Source of the DNA: Alphaproteobacteria bacterium
GTDB taxonomy: Bacteria; Pseudomonadota; Alphaproteobacteria; UBA9219; RGZA01
Direction of reading: 5' to 3'
NCBI GenBank assembly: GCA_028278105.1
Contig: JANQEX010000074.1
Coordinates: 6,237-70,236, forward strand
DNA length: 64,000 nucleotides
Part shown: positions 1 to 8,966 of the stretch, piece after piece
Layout of the letters: each line of letters starts with the position of its first letter
Position numbering within the stretch: position 1 is the first letter of the stretch
Made by a program: the position numbers and the translations under genes
The notes under the pieces: model-generated
What the model was told of the DNA's origin: nothing
The model's database searches: none
The model's input: the letters and a program-made list of their open reading frames with translations, nothing else

Positions 1-1596
1 ATCGGCGTCCGGCCGCCGGTAAAGGGTGACGCCGCCTTTCTCGCGGATTTCCGTGACGCCATGGGGAACCACCGCCACGCCGGCGGACGCGAAACTGGCA
101 TAAGCGCCGGTGATGTTCAGCAGGCTGACCTCGCTCGTGCCGAGGGCGAGGCTTAAGTCGCGGGCGAGCGGCGGCTCAATGCCAAGCCGCAGTGCCAGAT
201 TGCGCACCTCGCCCATGCGCAGCTTGTGGGCCAGGCGCACCGTGGCGGTATTCAGCGATTGCGCCAGCGCTTCTTTCAGCATCACCGGGCCGCGATAGCG
301 CCCGTCGTGATTGGCGGGCGCCCATTTGCCCACGCGGATGGGCGCGTCCAGTATGGTGTTTTCCGGCGTCAGGCCGTTCTGGAAGGCGTTCAGGTAAACG
401 AAGGGCTTGAAGGCGGACCCCGGCTGACGCCTGGCCTGCGCCGCCCGGTTGAAGGGGCTTTTCGCGTAATCGCGCCCGCCCACCATGACGCGCACCGCGC
501 CGCCCGCGCCAAGGGTGACAAGGGCGGCCTGACTCACCTTGCGCGTTTCGCCTTCCTTCGACAAAAGCGCGGCAAGCCGCTTTTCCGCTTCGCGCTGCAT
601 GGAAAGGTCAAGCGTGGTGCGCACGATGATGTCGCGTGGCGCGTCGCTTTTCTTACGGGCCCCGCCAATCCGCTCGTTCACCTCGTCCATCACCCAGTCG
701 GCGAAATAGCGGCCTTCGCCGGCCTGTCCCGGCCCGCGACGCGACAGGGCGGAAGAGGAGACGACGTCTTCCCGTTTCTTCGGGCTGATGAAGCCGGAAT
801 CCACCATGGCTTTCAGCACCACGCGGGCGCGGGCCTCGGCGGCTTCGGGATTGTTGAGAGGCGAATAACGCGAGGGAGCCCGCGGCAGCCCGGCCAGGAT
901 CGCCGCCTCGTGCAGGTTCACGTCTTTGGCGGGTTTGTTGAAGTAAAGGCGGGAGGCCGCGTCCACGCCCCAGGCGCCCGAACCCATATAGACGCGGTTC
1001 AAATAGGCGGAAAGGATTTCATCCTTTGTGTATTTCCGCTCCAGCCAGACGGCCAGCATGGCCTCCTGCGCCTTGCGGCGGAAAGTGCGCTGCGGGCCAA
1101 GGAACAGGTTCTTGGCAAGCTGCTGGGTGATGGTGGATCCCCCCTGCACCACGCGGCCGGCAAGAATATTGTGAATGCCGGCGCGCAGGATGCCGATGGG
1201 GTCGATGGCGCCGTGATCGTAAAAGCGCCGGTCTTCCACGGCCAGAAAGGCGCGGATCAGATGCGGCGGAAGCCGCTCCACCGTGACCGGGTCGCCGCGA
1301 TAGCCGCCGAAACGGGCGAATTCCCTGCCGTCCCGCGCCTCCAGGATAATGGCGGGATGGCGCTTGAGATCGGCGCGCCGCAGAATGTCGGGAATTTCAT
1401 AGGCATACCAGCCCAGCACAATGGCCGCGAAGACCGCGCCCCAGATCAGCGCCAGCCCGGCGGCCTGCCAGAGCCCGCGCGGCGTCATCCAGCCGCGTAA
1501 TAGCGTGAAGCCCCCGGCCAGCCGCCCAAATGGCCCGGCGGGCTTCTTTTTCTTCTTGCGGAAAACGGATTTTCTTATTTTGCGTTTGCGAACCAC
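1..1596 (-). CDS. mrcA: Penicillin-binding protein 1A (bifunctional GT51 transglycosylase / transpeptidase). N-terminal part; C-terminus lies beyond the window start
   Basis: Minus-strand translation gives a basic N-tail and TM segment, then the GT51 motifs EDRRFYxHGxxD and GGSTITQQL, then SAFKP and SLN transpeptidase motifs. The start is either GTG at 1596 or ATG at 1488. The plus-strand ORF 226..1500 is an antisense artefact. Confidence 0.85.
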   Translation of the reverse strand, partial: MVRKRKIRKSVFRKKKKKPAGPFGRLAGGFTLLRGWMTPRGLWQAAGLALIWGAVFAAIVLGWYAYEIPDILRRADLKRHPAIILEARDGREFARFGGYRGDPVTVERLPPHLIRAFLAVEDRRFYDHGAIDPIGILRAGIHNILAGRVVQGGSTITQQLAKNLFLGPQRTFRRKAQEAMLAVWLERKYTKDEILSAYLNRVYMGSGAWGVDAASRLYFNKPAKDVNLHEAAILAGLPRAPSRYSPLNNPEAAEARARVVLKAMVDSGFISPKKREDVVSSSALSRRGPGQAGEGRYFADWVMDEVNERIGGARKKSDAPRDIIVRTTLDLSMQREAEKRLAALLSKEGETRKVSQAALVTLGAGGAVRVMVGGRDYAKSPFNRAAQARRQPGSAFKPFVYLNAFQNGLTPENTILDAPIRVGKWAPANHDGRYRGPVMLKEALAQSLNTATVRLAHKLRMGEVRNLALRLGIEPPLARDLSLALGTSEVSLLNITGAYASFASAGVAVVPHGVTEIREKGGVTLYRRPDAD

Positions 1597-1648
1597 GGGC
1601 GGCGAAAGGCGAGAGTTTGAATGAAATCCGCTCCGGGCGGTTCGGGAA

Positions 1649-1723
1649 TGGTGCCGTTGGAGGGATTTGAACCCCCGGCCTTGGCTTTACGAAAGCCCTG
1701 CTCTACCCCTGAGCTACAACGGC
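1649..1723 (-). tRNA. tRNA-Thr (anticodon CGT)
   Basis: The reverse complement folds as a cloverleaf: acceptor GCCGTTG/CAACGGC, D-arm GCTC-AGGGGTA-GAGC, anticodon loop TTCGTAA, T-loop TTCAAAT, and 3' CCA encoded. There is one mismatch at position 27:43. Confidence 0.8.
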
Positions 1724-1845
1724 GGCCGTTAAAGGCCGGGAAAAGCTAGCGCATGGAAAGCGCGCGCGTCAACGGCAGGTAAAGCAAGAGTGGATAAGGG
1801 AAAAGCGCCGCTTACTCCCCTCCCAGGGGGAGGGGAGCCGGGATT

Positions 1846-2283
1846 CTATTTTTTTCCTGCCTTTGCGCCTGTGCCGGGTTTTTCCCGGACGCCGTAAAGC
1901 TCCAGCTTGTGGCCCATCAGGCGGTAGCCCAGCCTGGCGGCCACTTTGGCCTGAAGCGCCTCGATCTCTTTACTGGTGAACTCGATCACCTCGCCGCTGT
2001 TCATGTCGATCAGGTGGTCGTGATGGTCCTCGTGGCTTTCCTCGAAGCGGGCGCGCCCGTCGCCGAAATCATGCTTGCGGATGATGCCGGAATCCTCCAG
2101 AAGCCGCATGGTGCGGTAAACGGTGGCGATGCTGATCTGCGGGTCAACCGCGGCCGCGCGCTGGTGCACTTTTTCCACATCGGGATGATCGGCCGATTCC
2201 GACAGCACCTGGCAGATAACGCGGCGCTGGCCGGTCATTTTCAGGCCTTTTTCGATGCAGATTTTCTCCAGGCGGGAGGGCAT
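1846..2283 (-). CDS. Fur-family metalloregulator (Fur/Mur-like)
   Basis: HHDHLI motif with the DNA-binding helix region ATVYRTMRLL. The CxxC following HHDHLI is replaced (IDMNSG), as in alphaproteobacterial Fur/Mur proteins. Start taken at MPSRLEK (ATG 2283); the ORF could extend to 2319. Confidence 0.8.
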   Translation of the reverse strand: MPSRLEKICIEKGLKMTGQRRVICQVLSESADHPDVEKVHQRAAAVDPQISIATVYRTMRLLEDSGIIRKHDFGDGRARFEESHEDHHDHLIDMNSGEVIEFTSKEIEALQAKVAARLGYRLMGHKLELYGVREKPGTGAKAGKK

Positions 2284-2368
2284 GCCCCATGTATAGGCGC
2301 TTCGGCGCGCCGAAGCCAAGGCGAAAAAGCATTGCCGGTGAGGGAAACGGCATTACTATGAAAGCCGG

Positions 2369-3364
2369 ATGAAAATTCTTCTGACTGGCGCCACGGGATT
2401 TATCGGGGCGGCTCTGGCGCGGCGGCTGATTGCCGCGGGGCATGAGCTGCGCGCCCTGGTGCGTCCCGGCAGCGACCGCCGCAACATCCTTGATCTTCCG
2501 CTGGAGATTGCCGAAGGCGCGCTGGAAGACGACGCTTCGCTGCTTCGCGCGGCGCGCGGCTGCAAGGGGTTGTTCCATGCCGCGGCCGATTACCGGCTTT
2601 GGGTTCCCGACCGGCGCCGCATGTATCAGGCCAATGTGGTCGGCACGGGGCTGTTGATGGAAGCGGCGTTAAAGGCGGGCGTGGAGCGCGTTGTTTACAC
2701 AAGCTCGGTCGCCACAATCGGCGCGGCGCTTGGGGGCGCGCCGGCCAACGAAGACACGCCGTCCGAAGAAGCCGGCATGATCGGCCCCTACAAGCATTCA
2801 AAATTCCTGGCCGAGAAGCTGGTGCGCGAATTATGCCTGGAAAAGGGCCTTCCGGCGGTGATCGTCAATCCGTCCGCGCCGCTCGGCCCGCGCGATCTCA
2901 AGCCCACGCCCACGGGCCGCATCGTGGTGGAGGCGGCGAACCGCCGGATTCCGGCCTATGTCGATACCGGGCTGAACATGGTGCATGTCGACGACGTGGC
3001 CGAAGGGCATCTGCTGGCTTTCGAGAAAGGCGTGGCCGGCGAGCGCTATATTCTGGGCGGCGACAATCTGGAGTTGTCCGCGCTGCTGAAGCTGATCGCC
3101 GAAGAAGCCGGGTTTCGCCCTCCGGCCATGCGCCTTCCGGCCAAGGCGCTTTTCCCGCTGGCCTATGCCATGGAGGCGCTGGCCTTCGTCACGGGACGCG
3201 AGCCCATGCTGACGTCGGGCAGCCTGCGCATGGCGCAAAAGAAAATGTATTTTTCATCCGCCAAGGCCGAGCGCGAACTGGGCTATACCCATCGCCCGGT
3301 CCGGGAGGCGGTTGCGGATGCCTACAAATGGTTCCTTACCTACGGCTATTGCGGGATGAAATAG
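2369..3364 (+). CDS. hpnA: NAD-dependent sugar epimerase/dehydratase, hopanoid-associated (HpnA)
   Basis: N-terminal Rossmann motif GATGFIG, extended-SDR fold, and position immediately upstream of hpnB-C-D-E. Confidence 0.8.
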   Translation: MKILLTGATGFIGAALARRLIAAGHELRALVRPGSDRRNILDLPLEIAEGALEDDASLLRAARGCKGLFHAAADYRLWVPDRRRMYQANVVGTGLLMEAALKAGVERVVYTSSVATIGAALGGAPANEDTPSEEAGMIGPYKHSKFLAEKLVRELCLEKGLPAVIVNPSAPLGPRDLKPTPTGRIVVEAANRRIPAYVDTGLNMVHVDDVAEGHLLAFEKGVAGERYILGGDNLELSALLKLIAEEAGFRPPAMRLPAKALFPLAYAMEALAFVTGREPMLTSGSLRMAQKKMYFSSAKAERELGYTHRPVREAVADAYKWFLTYGYCGMK

Positions 3365-3370
3365 GCAATG

Positions 3371-3405
3371 AAAAACCTGCCGCGCGCTCAACGCCACGCG
3401 GCAGG
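3371..3405 (-). terminator. Rho-independent terminator for the small minus-strand ORF (hairpin CCTGCCGCG...CGCGGCAGG then T-run on the minus strand)
   Basis: Perfect GC-rich stem at 3376..3405 followed by TTTTT on the minus strand (AAAAA at 3371..3375 on plus). Confidence 0.5.
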
Positions 3406-3438
3406 TCTTGAAACTCTCCGTTTAGGCTATGGCCGCTT

Positions 3439-3609
3439 TCAGGCGTGGCCATGGGTGTCGGAAAGCAGGACGCTGTCCAGAATGGATGCGCGTTCCTTGC
3501 CGTTCGGCTCCTTGGCGCTTTCCGGGGCGCCGAGCGCCTGCGAAAGCGTTCCCTTGTATACAGGGGGCTTTTCGTTCTCCGTTTCCGGATGATGGCTTTT
3601 GAATACCAT
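3439..3609 (-). CDS. Small hypothetical protein (56 aa, MVFKSHHPETENEKPPVYKG...)
   Basis: GGAGG RBS 5-9 nt upstream of the ATG, in-frame ORF, and an intrinsic terminator just downstream. It lies antisense in the hpnA-hpnB intergenic region. Confidence 0.4.
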   Translation of the reverse strand: MVFKSHHPETENEKPPVYKGTLSQALGAPESAKEPNGKERASILDSVLLSDTHGHA

Positions 3610-3779
3610 ATATTCCTCCACCTCTTTATTGTGCAGTGCATGATGGCAGAGTTTGATTAAACAGCACTTAATTGAAACGATTTACGAAATGATAACCTGT
3701 GTGACTTCAAAAGGTTATTCTCAGGAATTCCGCGCCTTGTTAAAGTAAATACGAATTAAGGCATGAGGCTTTTTTACCA

Positions 3780-4949
3780 ATGCTGATAATTTTTTCTCTT
3801 ATTGCCGTGCTTTCCTGGATTTACCTGACGGGCTTTCGGGGCCTGTTCTGGCTGGAGAAGCCGCAGGCCTGGCCGGAAAGCGCGCCGCTCACCACGCCGG
3901 AGGTCGCGATTGTGGTGCCTGCGCGCAACGAGCAGGCGGTGATCGGCCGCGCGGTGCGCGCGCTGATCCGGCAGGATTATACCGGTCCTTACCGGATATT
4001 TCTGGTTGATGACCATTCAACCGACGCCACGGTGAAGGAAGCGCGCGAAACGGCCGACAGGCTGTTTCAGGGCGCGCGGCTGTCTGTTGTCCCGGCGCCG
4101 CCCTTGCCGGAGGGCTGGGGCGGCAAGCTGTGGGCCATGCAGACAGGCCTGCGGGCCGCGCAAAAAGACCTGCCCGGTGCCGATTATATCCTGTTCACCG
4201 ACGCCGATATCGAGCATGATCCCTCCAGCCTGCGCGAACTGGTGGCGCGCGCCGAAAAAGACAGGCTGGCGCTGGCCTCTTTCATGGTAAAGCTGCATTG
4301 CCGGAGCCTGCCGGAAAAATTCCTGATCCCGGCTTTCGTGTTTTTCTTCATGCTTCTTTATCCCTTCGCCTGGGTGCGCAACGCGGGCAGTCCCGTGGCC
4401 GCCGCGGCGGGCGGAGCGATGCTGGCGCGCAAATCGGCGCTGGCGGCGGCGGGCGGCCTGTCTGTTATCCGCGATGAATGGATCGACGATTGCGCGCTGG
4501 CCCGTTTGATGAAAAAACAGGGGCCGCTCTGGATCGGCCTTGCCGGCAATACCTTTAGCGTCCGCCCTTATGCCACGCTGAAAAGCATCTGGAAAATGAT
4601 CGCCCGCAGCGCGTACAGCCAGCTTCGCCATTCGCCCTTGCTGCTGCTGGTCACGGTGGCGGCGATGGCGCTGGTGTTTTTCGTCCCGGCGGCGGCGCTT
4701 GTTTTGGGTAGCCCGGCCGTGCAATTCACGGGTTTTTGCGGCCTTGGGCTGATGGCTCTCATCTATCTGCCCATGGTCCGCTTTTATGGCTTGCAGCCCT
4801 ATTGGATACTGACCCTGCCGGGCGCGGCGGCGGTTTATCTGCTGGCCACGCTGGATTCCGCCCGTCATCACTGGAAGGGGCATGGCGGGGAATGGAAGGG
4901 GCGGGCGCGGCGGCCGAAAAGCCCGTTACCGCCAGACCAAGCATCATGA
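3780..4949 (+). CDS. hpnB: Hopanoid-associated family 2 glycosyltransferase (HpnB)
   Basis: N-terminal TM, GT2 core (VVPARNE...DDHSTD...TDADI), multiple C-terminal TM helices. The stop overlaps the hpnC start (ATGA). Confidence 0.8.
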   Translation: MLIIFSLIAVLSWIYLTGFRGLFWLEKPQAWPESAPLTTPEVAIVVPARNEQAVIGRAVRALIRQDYTGPYRIFLVDDHSTDATVKEARETADRLFQGARLSVVPAPPLPEGWGGKLWAMQTGLRAAQKDLPGADYILFTDADIEHDPSSLRELVARAEKDRLALASFMVKLHCRSLPEKFLIPAFVFFFMLLYPFAWVRNAGSPVAAAAGGAMLARKSALAAAGGLSVIRDEWIDDCALARLMKKQGPLWIGLAGNTFSVRPYATLKSIWKMIARSAYSQLRHSPLLLLVTVAAMALVFFVPAAALVLGSPAVQFTGFCGLGLMALIYLPMVRFYGLQPYWILTLPGAAAVYLLATLDSARHHWKGHGGEWKGRARRPKSPLPPDQAS

Positions 4950-5770
4950 CGGCGCAAACCATCAGCGGCAAAAACCGCCGGAACGAGAATTTTCCGGTCG
5001 GCTCCTTCCTGATCCGCGCCGGTTTGCGCCCGCAGGTGCATTGCTTTTACGATTTCGCCCGCGCCGCCGACGACATCGCCGACGACCCGCTGCTGGAATC
5101 TTCCGGGAAAATCCGCCGCCTTGATGCCTTCGACGCCGCGCTGGCCGGGAAAAGCAATGACGTGGCCGTGGCGGTCGCGCTACGCGAAAACCTTGCTGAA
5201 AATGGCATCACGTCCCGGCACGCGCGCGATTTGCTGGTGGCCTTCCGCCGCGACGCCACCAGGCGGCGCTACAAAGACCTGGACGAGCTGCTCGACTATT
5301 GCCGCTATTCCGCCATGCCGGTGGGACGTCATGTGCTGGCGCTGCACGGCATCGGGCAGGAGGCCTGGCCTGCCAGCGATGCCTTGTGCGCCGCGTTGCA
5401 AATCATCAACCACATGCAGGATATGGGCGACGACTACCGCGAGCTGGACCGCGTTTATATTCCGCAAGACATGCTGGCGGCCCACGGCGCCTCCCTTGCC
5501 GGTATCGGGCATGAAAGCCTCGGCCCGGCCTTGCGCAGGACGCTGGATGATATAATCGGCCTTCTGCGCCCCATGCTGGAAGAGGCGCGCGATCTTCCCC
5601 GCCATGTGCCCGATCTGCGGCTGAAGGCCGAAACTTCGGTGATTGTTGCGCTGGCCGAAGCCATGACGGCCCGCCTTGCGCGCCGCGACCCTTTGGCCGA
5701 AAATGCCAGGCTGTCAAAATCTCAGGTTGCCGCGTCCGCCGTACTTGGCCTGCTGCGCATGTGGACCTGA
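4946..5770 (+). CDS. hpnC: Squalene synthase HpnC
   Basis: ENFPVGS, YDFARAADDIADD and DMGDDYRE squalene/phytoene synthase motifs. Translationally coupled to hpnB. Confidence 0.85.
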   Translation: MTAQTISGKNRRNENFPVGSFLIRAGLRPQVHCFYDFARAADDIADDPLLESSGKIRRLDAFDAALAGKSNDVAVAVALRENLAENGITSRHARDLLVAFRRDATRRRYKDLDELLDYCRYSAMPVGRHVLALHGIGQEAWPASDALCAALQIINHMQDMGDDYRELDRVYIPQDMLAAHGASLAGIGHESLGPALRRTLDDIIGLLRPMLEEARDLPRHVPDLRLKAETSVIVALAEAMTARLARRDPLAENARLSKSQVAASAVLGLLRMWT

Positions 5771-5906
5771 CCCCAAGCACCGGTTAGAATAAAGGCTTCG
5801 AGATGCTTCAATGAACATTCCGGGCAGGTTCGCGCGGCGAACGCGGCCCGGAATTCCTTTTGTTTGATAAAAATGGAATTCCCGCTTCCCTGCTTCGCCT
5901 TCGGCA

Positions 5907-6776
5907 TTGGAAACAGTAATGCCCGTCCCCTCGATCCTTGAAGCCAAAACACCGCGGGAAGCGCTGGATTGCGTCAAAAACTCCGGCAGTTCTTTTCTGC
6001 TGGGCATGATGGCGGTGCCGCGCAAGCGCCGCGCCGCCATGTTCGGGCTTTATGCCTTCTGCCGCGCGGTGGATGATATCGCCGACGATTTCGCGGACTC
6101 CACCATCCGCCTTTCCCGGCTTCAGGAATGGCGCGCCCATGTTGAAAGGCTTTTCGCGGGAGAGGCCACGCATCCCGTTATGGAACTCCTGCAGCCGGGA
6201 GTTGCGGAATACGGGCTGGCGAAGGAAGATTTTCTTGCCGTCATCGAAGGCATGGAAATGGACGCGGCGGAGGACATCCAGGGCCCGGCATGGGCGATGC
6301 TGGATGCCTATTGCGACCGCGTGGCCAGCGCCGTGGGCCGCGCCAGCGTGCGCATTTTCGGCGATACGTCGGACGCGGCGCCGGACCTCGCGCATCATCT
6401 GGGCCGCGCCTTGCAGCTTACCAACATCCTGCGCGATATCGACGAGGATGCCGGGCGCGGGCGGCTTTACATTCCGCGCGAGGCGCTGGACGAAGCCGGC
6501 ATCGCGGCCGAAGACCTGGACGGAATCCTGATCCATCCATCCTTCGACCACGCCTGCCGGGCGGTGGCGCGCAAGGCCGCGCATCATTTCGACCTGGCCG
6601 ATGCCGCGCTGCTCAAATGCAACCGGCGCAGGGTGAAGGCCGCCCGCCTGATGCGCGATTATTATGAACGCCTGCTCTACCGCCTTCTGGTGCAGGGCTG
6701 GGACGTGCCGCGCTTTCGCGTAAGCCTCGGCTTTTTCGACAGGCTCGGCCTCATGCTGCGGGCGATGATGCCATGA
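5907..6776 (+). CDS. hpnD: Presqualene diphosphate synthase HpnD
   Basis: GSSF, YAFCRAVDDIADD and RDIDEDAGRGRLYIP motifs (SQS/PSY family paralog adjacent to hpnC). Confidence 0.85.
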   Translation: METVMPVPSILEAKTPREALDCVKNSGSSFLLGMMAVPRKRRAAMFGLYAFCRAVDDIADDFADSTIRLSRLQEWRAHVERLFAGEATHPVMELLQPGVAEYGLAKEDFLAVIEGMEMDAAEDIQGPAWAMLDAYCDRVASAVGRASVRIFGDTSDAAPDLAHHLGRALQLTNILRDIDEDAGRGRLYIPREALDEAGIAAEDLDGILIHPSFDHACRAVARKAAHHFDLADAALLKCNRRRVKAARLMRDYYERLLYRLLVQGWDVPRFRVSLGFFDRLGLMLRAMMP

Positions 6777-6781
6777 ATTTA

Positions 6782-6861
6782 AAGGGTCGTGAGGGTCAGA
6801 AGGGGCATGAGGGCCAAAGACCCTTGACGACCCTCCGCGACCCTTTGCGACCCTTGTGACC
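6782..6861. repeat. Palindromic AGGGTC...GACCCT repeat array in the hpnD-hpnE junction
   Basis: Left arm has AGGGTC-type repeats and the right arm has complementary GACCCT-type repeats, forming an extended dyad. Related arrays occur at 17425..17480, 20500..20575 and 23640..23700. Confidence 0.7.
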
Positions 6862-8208
6862 CAAATGACCAATTCCACCATCCACATCATCGGCGCGGGG
6901 CTCGCGGGTTTGTCGGCGGCGGCGCATCTGGCGGCCGCCGGACGCAAGGTGGCGCTGTATGAGGCCGCGGCGCAGGCGGGTGGACGCTGCCGGTCCTATC
7001 ATGACAGGGAACTGGGTTGCCGCATCGACAACGGCAATCATCTCATGCTTACCTGCAACACGGCGGCGCTGTTTTATCTGGAGCTGATCGGCGCCGAAAG
7101 AACCATGGCGGTCGCGCCCCGCGCCCTGTTTCCTTTTGCCGACCTGCAAGGCGGCAAGCGCTGGAAGCTGGCCATGAACGAGGGGAAGATTCCCTGGTGG
7201 ATTTTCAACCCCGCCGCCCGCGTGCCGGAGAGCCGCGCGCCCGATTACCTGAAAGACATAAGCCGGTTGTTGCGGGCCGGGCCCTTGCAGACAGTGGCCG
7301 GGGTCCTGAACGCCGAAAGCGTTCTTTTCCGCAGGCTGTGGTCGCCGCTTTGCGTATCCATCATGAACACGCAAGCCGCCGAGGCCTCGGCCCGCCTGTT
7401 CGCCCATGTGCTGCGCGAGGCCTTTGCCGAAGGCGGGCGCGGGCTTCATGTTCTCTTGCCGCGCGAGGGGCTGTCGGAAAGTCTTGTCGATCCCGCCCTG
7501 AAATTCATCGGCACGCGCGGCGGCAAGGTTCATTTCGGCCGGCGCTTGCGCGCGCTGGAAAAGGCGAATGACGAAATCCGCAGGCTGGTTTTTGCCGACG
7601 GCGCGGTGGAGCTTGCGCGCTGGGACTGGGTGGTGCTGGCCGTTCCGCCCTGGAATATCGCCGAATTCGTGCCGCGGATCCCCGCGCCGGACGCGGCGCG
7701 CGGCATCGTGAACGCGCATTTCCGTGTTCCTTACAAGTCAATCAGCGAAACGGGCGTCACCGGCGTGATCGGCGGCACGGTGGAATGGGTGTTCGAAAAG
7801 GAGGGGCTGCTTTCCACCACTACCAGCGCCGCCGAGAAGATTATTGACCGGGATGCCGAAGCGCTTGCCATGCTTTTGTGGAAGGATGCCGCGAAGCTTT
7901 ACGGCTTGCCTGAAACCCCCCCGCCGCCGCACCGCGTCGTCAAGGAAAAGCGGGCGACCTTTGCCGCCACGCCCGGCCAGATCATCCGCCGCCCGAAAAT
8001 CGAAGCCCGCTCCGGCAATCTGGTGGTATGCGGCGACTGGACGGCGACCGGCCTTCCCTCGACCATCGAAGGAGCCGTCCGCTCCGGCCGCGAGGCGGCC
8101 ACGGCCATCCTCCCGCCCGCCGAACGGCGGTTTGGCCGGGGGGTGGAATCGGCACCCATCCATCTATGGAAAAACGAACATTTCTATACGCCCCGGAGAG
8201 CGAAGTAA
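6856..8208 (+). CDS. hpnE: Hydroxysqualene dehydroxylase HpnE (FAD-dependent amine-oxidase family)
   Basis: GAGLAGLSAA dinucleotide-binding motif, amine oxidase fold, and position after hpnC-hpnD. Confidence 0.85.
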   Translation: MTQMTNSTIHIIGAGLAGLSAAAHLAAAGRKVALYEAAAQAGGRCRSYHDRELGCRIDNGNHLMLTCNTAALFYLELIGAERTMAVAPRALFPFADLQGGKRWKLAMNEGKIPWWIFNPAARVPESRAPDYLKDISRLLRAGPLQTVAGVLNAESVLFRRLWSPLCVSIMNTQAAEASARLFAHVLREAFAEGGRGLHVLLPREGLSESLVDPALKFIGTRGGKVHFGRRLRALEKANDEIRRLVFADGAVELARWDWVVLAVPPWNIAEFVPRIPAPDAARGIVNAHFRVPYKSISETGVTGVIGGTVEWVFEKEGLLSTTTSAAEKIIDRDAEALAMLLWKDAAKLYGLPETPPPPHRVVKEKRATFAATPGQIIRRPKIEARSGNLVVCGDWTATGLPSTIEGAVRSGREAATAILPPAERRFGRGVESAPIHLWKNEHFYTPRRAK

Positions 8209-8275
8209 CCCGCCTTCGGCCTCCTTATACCAACGGTTTTATAAACTGATCCATACCCCAAGGAGAGCTGTCATG

Positions 8276-8345
8276 CCCGCCCCCGCTTTCGCGGGGGCGG
8301 GCATGACGGGTTATCTTATGGCGTGTGTCCGTTCATAAGTTTGTT
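8276..8345. repeat. GC-rich hairpin repeat module (CATGCCCGCCCCCGCTTTCGCGGGGGCGGGCATGACGGGTT...GTGTCC..CATAAGT)
   Basis: Near-identical modules at 27060..27135 and 53865..53935. Related GCGGGCATGAC hairpins at 11478..11530, 23335..23385, 37295..37345 and 39880..39905. Confidence 0.75.
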
Positions 8346-8426
8346 GGTATAACAAGGTAAATTCAGGATTGTTTAAGTTCCATTAGGCATTCTTGTCCTG
8401 TGTTTGGGAGAAGGGGCAACCAAGGC

Positions 8427-8963
8427 ATGCCGAAAGACAGCAAAACAGATCAGACTGGTGAAAGACTTATAAAACAACTTCGGCGCCGGGTAAAATACTC
8501 GGCCATGAGACTTCCAGATTCCAACAAGGGCATGATCGCCGCTGCTGAGTGCGTTGCGCGCGAAAGCGGCCATGAGCCCCAAACCCCCGGCCAGGGAGTT
8601 GTGGAGCGCAAAGGGTATTTTTATAGGCCGGACATCAAAAGGGCCGGTCATTCGAAAAGCGTTACAATACCAACCGACAAGGGCAGGCTAAGGATTGGCG
8701 ACACGAAAACAGAAGGTGTTGGTAATGCTGATAACACTAGTGTCCTGATGATAGAGGAACTACCACAAAATGGTCCCGGACGAATAACCGATCTGTCGGT
8801 GTGGGGGAAGGAGGCCCGTGTACGGACAGAGGCGTCCCCCCAAGATGACAAGGGGAGGCTTGTAGTTGGCCGCCATTTTGGTGAGGTGGCAAAAAAAGAC
8901 CGCGTCCTTTCGCAAATAGTCGACACCGCAAAAAAATGCGGCCTGCTCCAGCCATTGATGTAA
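8427..8963 (+). CDS. Hypothetical protein (178 aa) in a low-GC islet between hpnE and feoB
   Basis: Long ORF in a roughly 50% GC segment with A/T-ending codons atypical for the surrounding genome. No recognisable family. The segment SVTIPTDKGRLRIGDT weakly resembles an AbrB/MazE swapped-hairpin. Confidence 0.5.
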   Translation: MPKDSKTDQTGERLIKQLRRRVKYSAMRLPDSNKGMIAAAECVARESGHEPQTPGQGVVERKGYFYRPDIKRAGHSKSVTIPTDKGRLRIGDTKTEGVGNADNTSVLMIEELPQNGPGRITDLSVWGKEARVRTEASPQDDKGRLVVGRHFGEVAKKDRVLSQIVDTAKKCGLLQPLM

Positions 8964-8966
8964 AGA

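Noticed and set aside
226-1500. 424-aa plus-strand ORF
   Set aside because: Antisense to the PBP1A gene. Its translation is Arg/Gly/Ala-rich high-GC noise, while the minus strand gives clean GT51 and transpeptidase motifs.
5808-7719. Minus-strand ORFs 5808..6947 and 6796..7719
   Set aside because: Antisense to hpnD and hpnE. No motifs, and compositional artefact of 65% GC.
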